This document shows, piece by piece, positions 63,541-64,000 of a DNA stretch of 64,000 bases. Both the position numbers and the translations under genes were made by a program. Numbering within the stretch: position 1 is the first letter of the stretch; each line of letters opens with the position of its first letter. A model generated the notes under the pieces. The model saw only the letters and a list, made by a program, of their open reading frames with translations. It was not told the origin of the DNA and did not search any database. Origin of the DNA: Phoronis australis. Taxonomy: Eukaryota; Animalia; Phoronida. The stretch spans positions 12,951 through 76,950 of the forward strand of contig NMRA01000383.1 in NCBI GenBank assembly GCA_002633005.1, written 5' to 3'.

Positions 63541-64000
63541 CTGCAAATATTGGAATATTCCTTATAAAGAATACAGCCAATGAAAATGACAGTTTGCCAA
63601 AAATCTGCAATGTGATCATTGTTTTTAATTACAACATTGACTAACTTCCAAAACATTTGGATAATATTTCTTATAATAAATAGCAGATGACTTAACTTGA
63701 AAAATGTTGAGTTTGCATTGACTTTTGTGTTATTTTTGCGTTTAGTAAGAGCATGCGATATTAACTCATTTCAACGAAGTCATACCAATAATGGCCGAGT
63801 TACTCAAGTGTGCATCTTAGGTGTGACTTTTTTCTCATTAATACATTGCTCACATCAACTAATCTTGTTTCACAATCTCAAAAGCATAACATTATCGCCA
63901 TCTAGTGGAATGCAGCGGAGTAATCACTGACCTTGTTTGGTGCCCTTTTGAATGGTCAAATTTATAGCAAATTCTTAGTGACTGGATTTGAGCTAAACCC

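Overview
AT-rich, intron-rich animal genomic DNA, most likely from a marine invertebrate (inferred from gene content and repeat types). Most entries in the ORF track are spurious. Four spliced genes could be reconstructed by hand: a short cytochrome b5-domain gene (+, 3 exons, 3010-6589), MPPE1/PGAP5 (-, 8 coding exons, 20416-12542), a KIAA0513/SBF2-domain homologue (+, 8 coding exons, 38565-57602) and the last exon of a probable TMEM143 (-, 63540-63221). The non-coding DNA is rich in mobile elements. These include a head-to-tail array of a Helentron-type non-autonomous element (23673-29311), whose empty-site paralogue lies at ~53.6 kb and which carries a dense cluster of promoter motifs. There are also two further Helentron-like relics, a Kolobok-like element with a decayed THAP domain, several MITEs, a hairpin-ended repeat family and about a dozen minisatellites. 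The most unusual structure is a ~240-bp inverted repeat (20532-20770 / 22229-22483) bracketing the region immediately upstream of MPPE1, which may also be the promoter of the divergent KIAA0513 gene. All calls are from reading the sequence by eye; no database searches were run.
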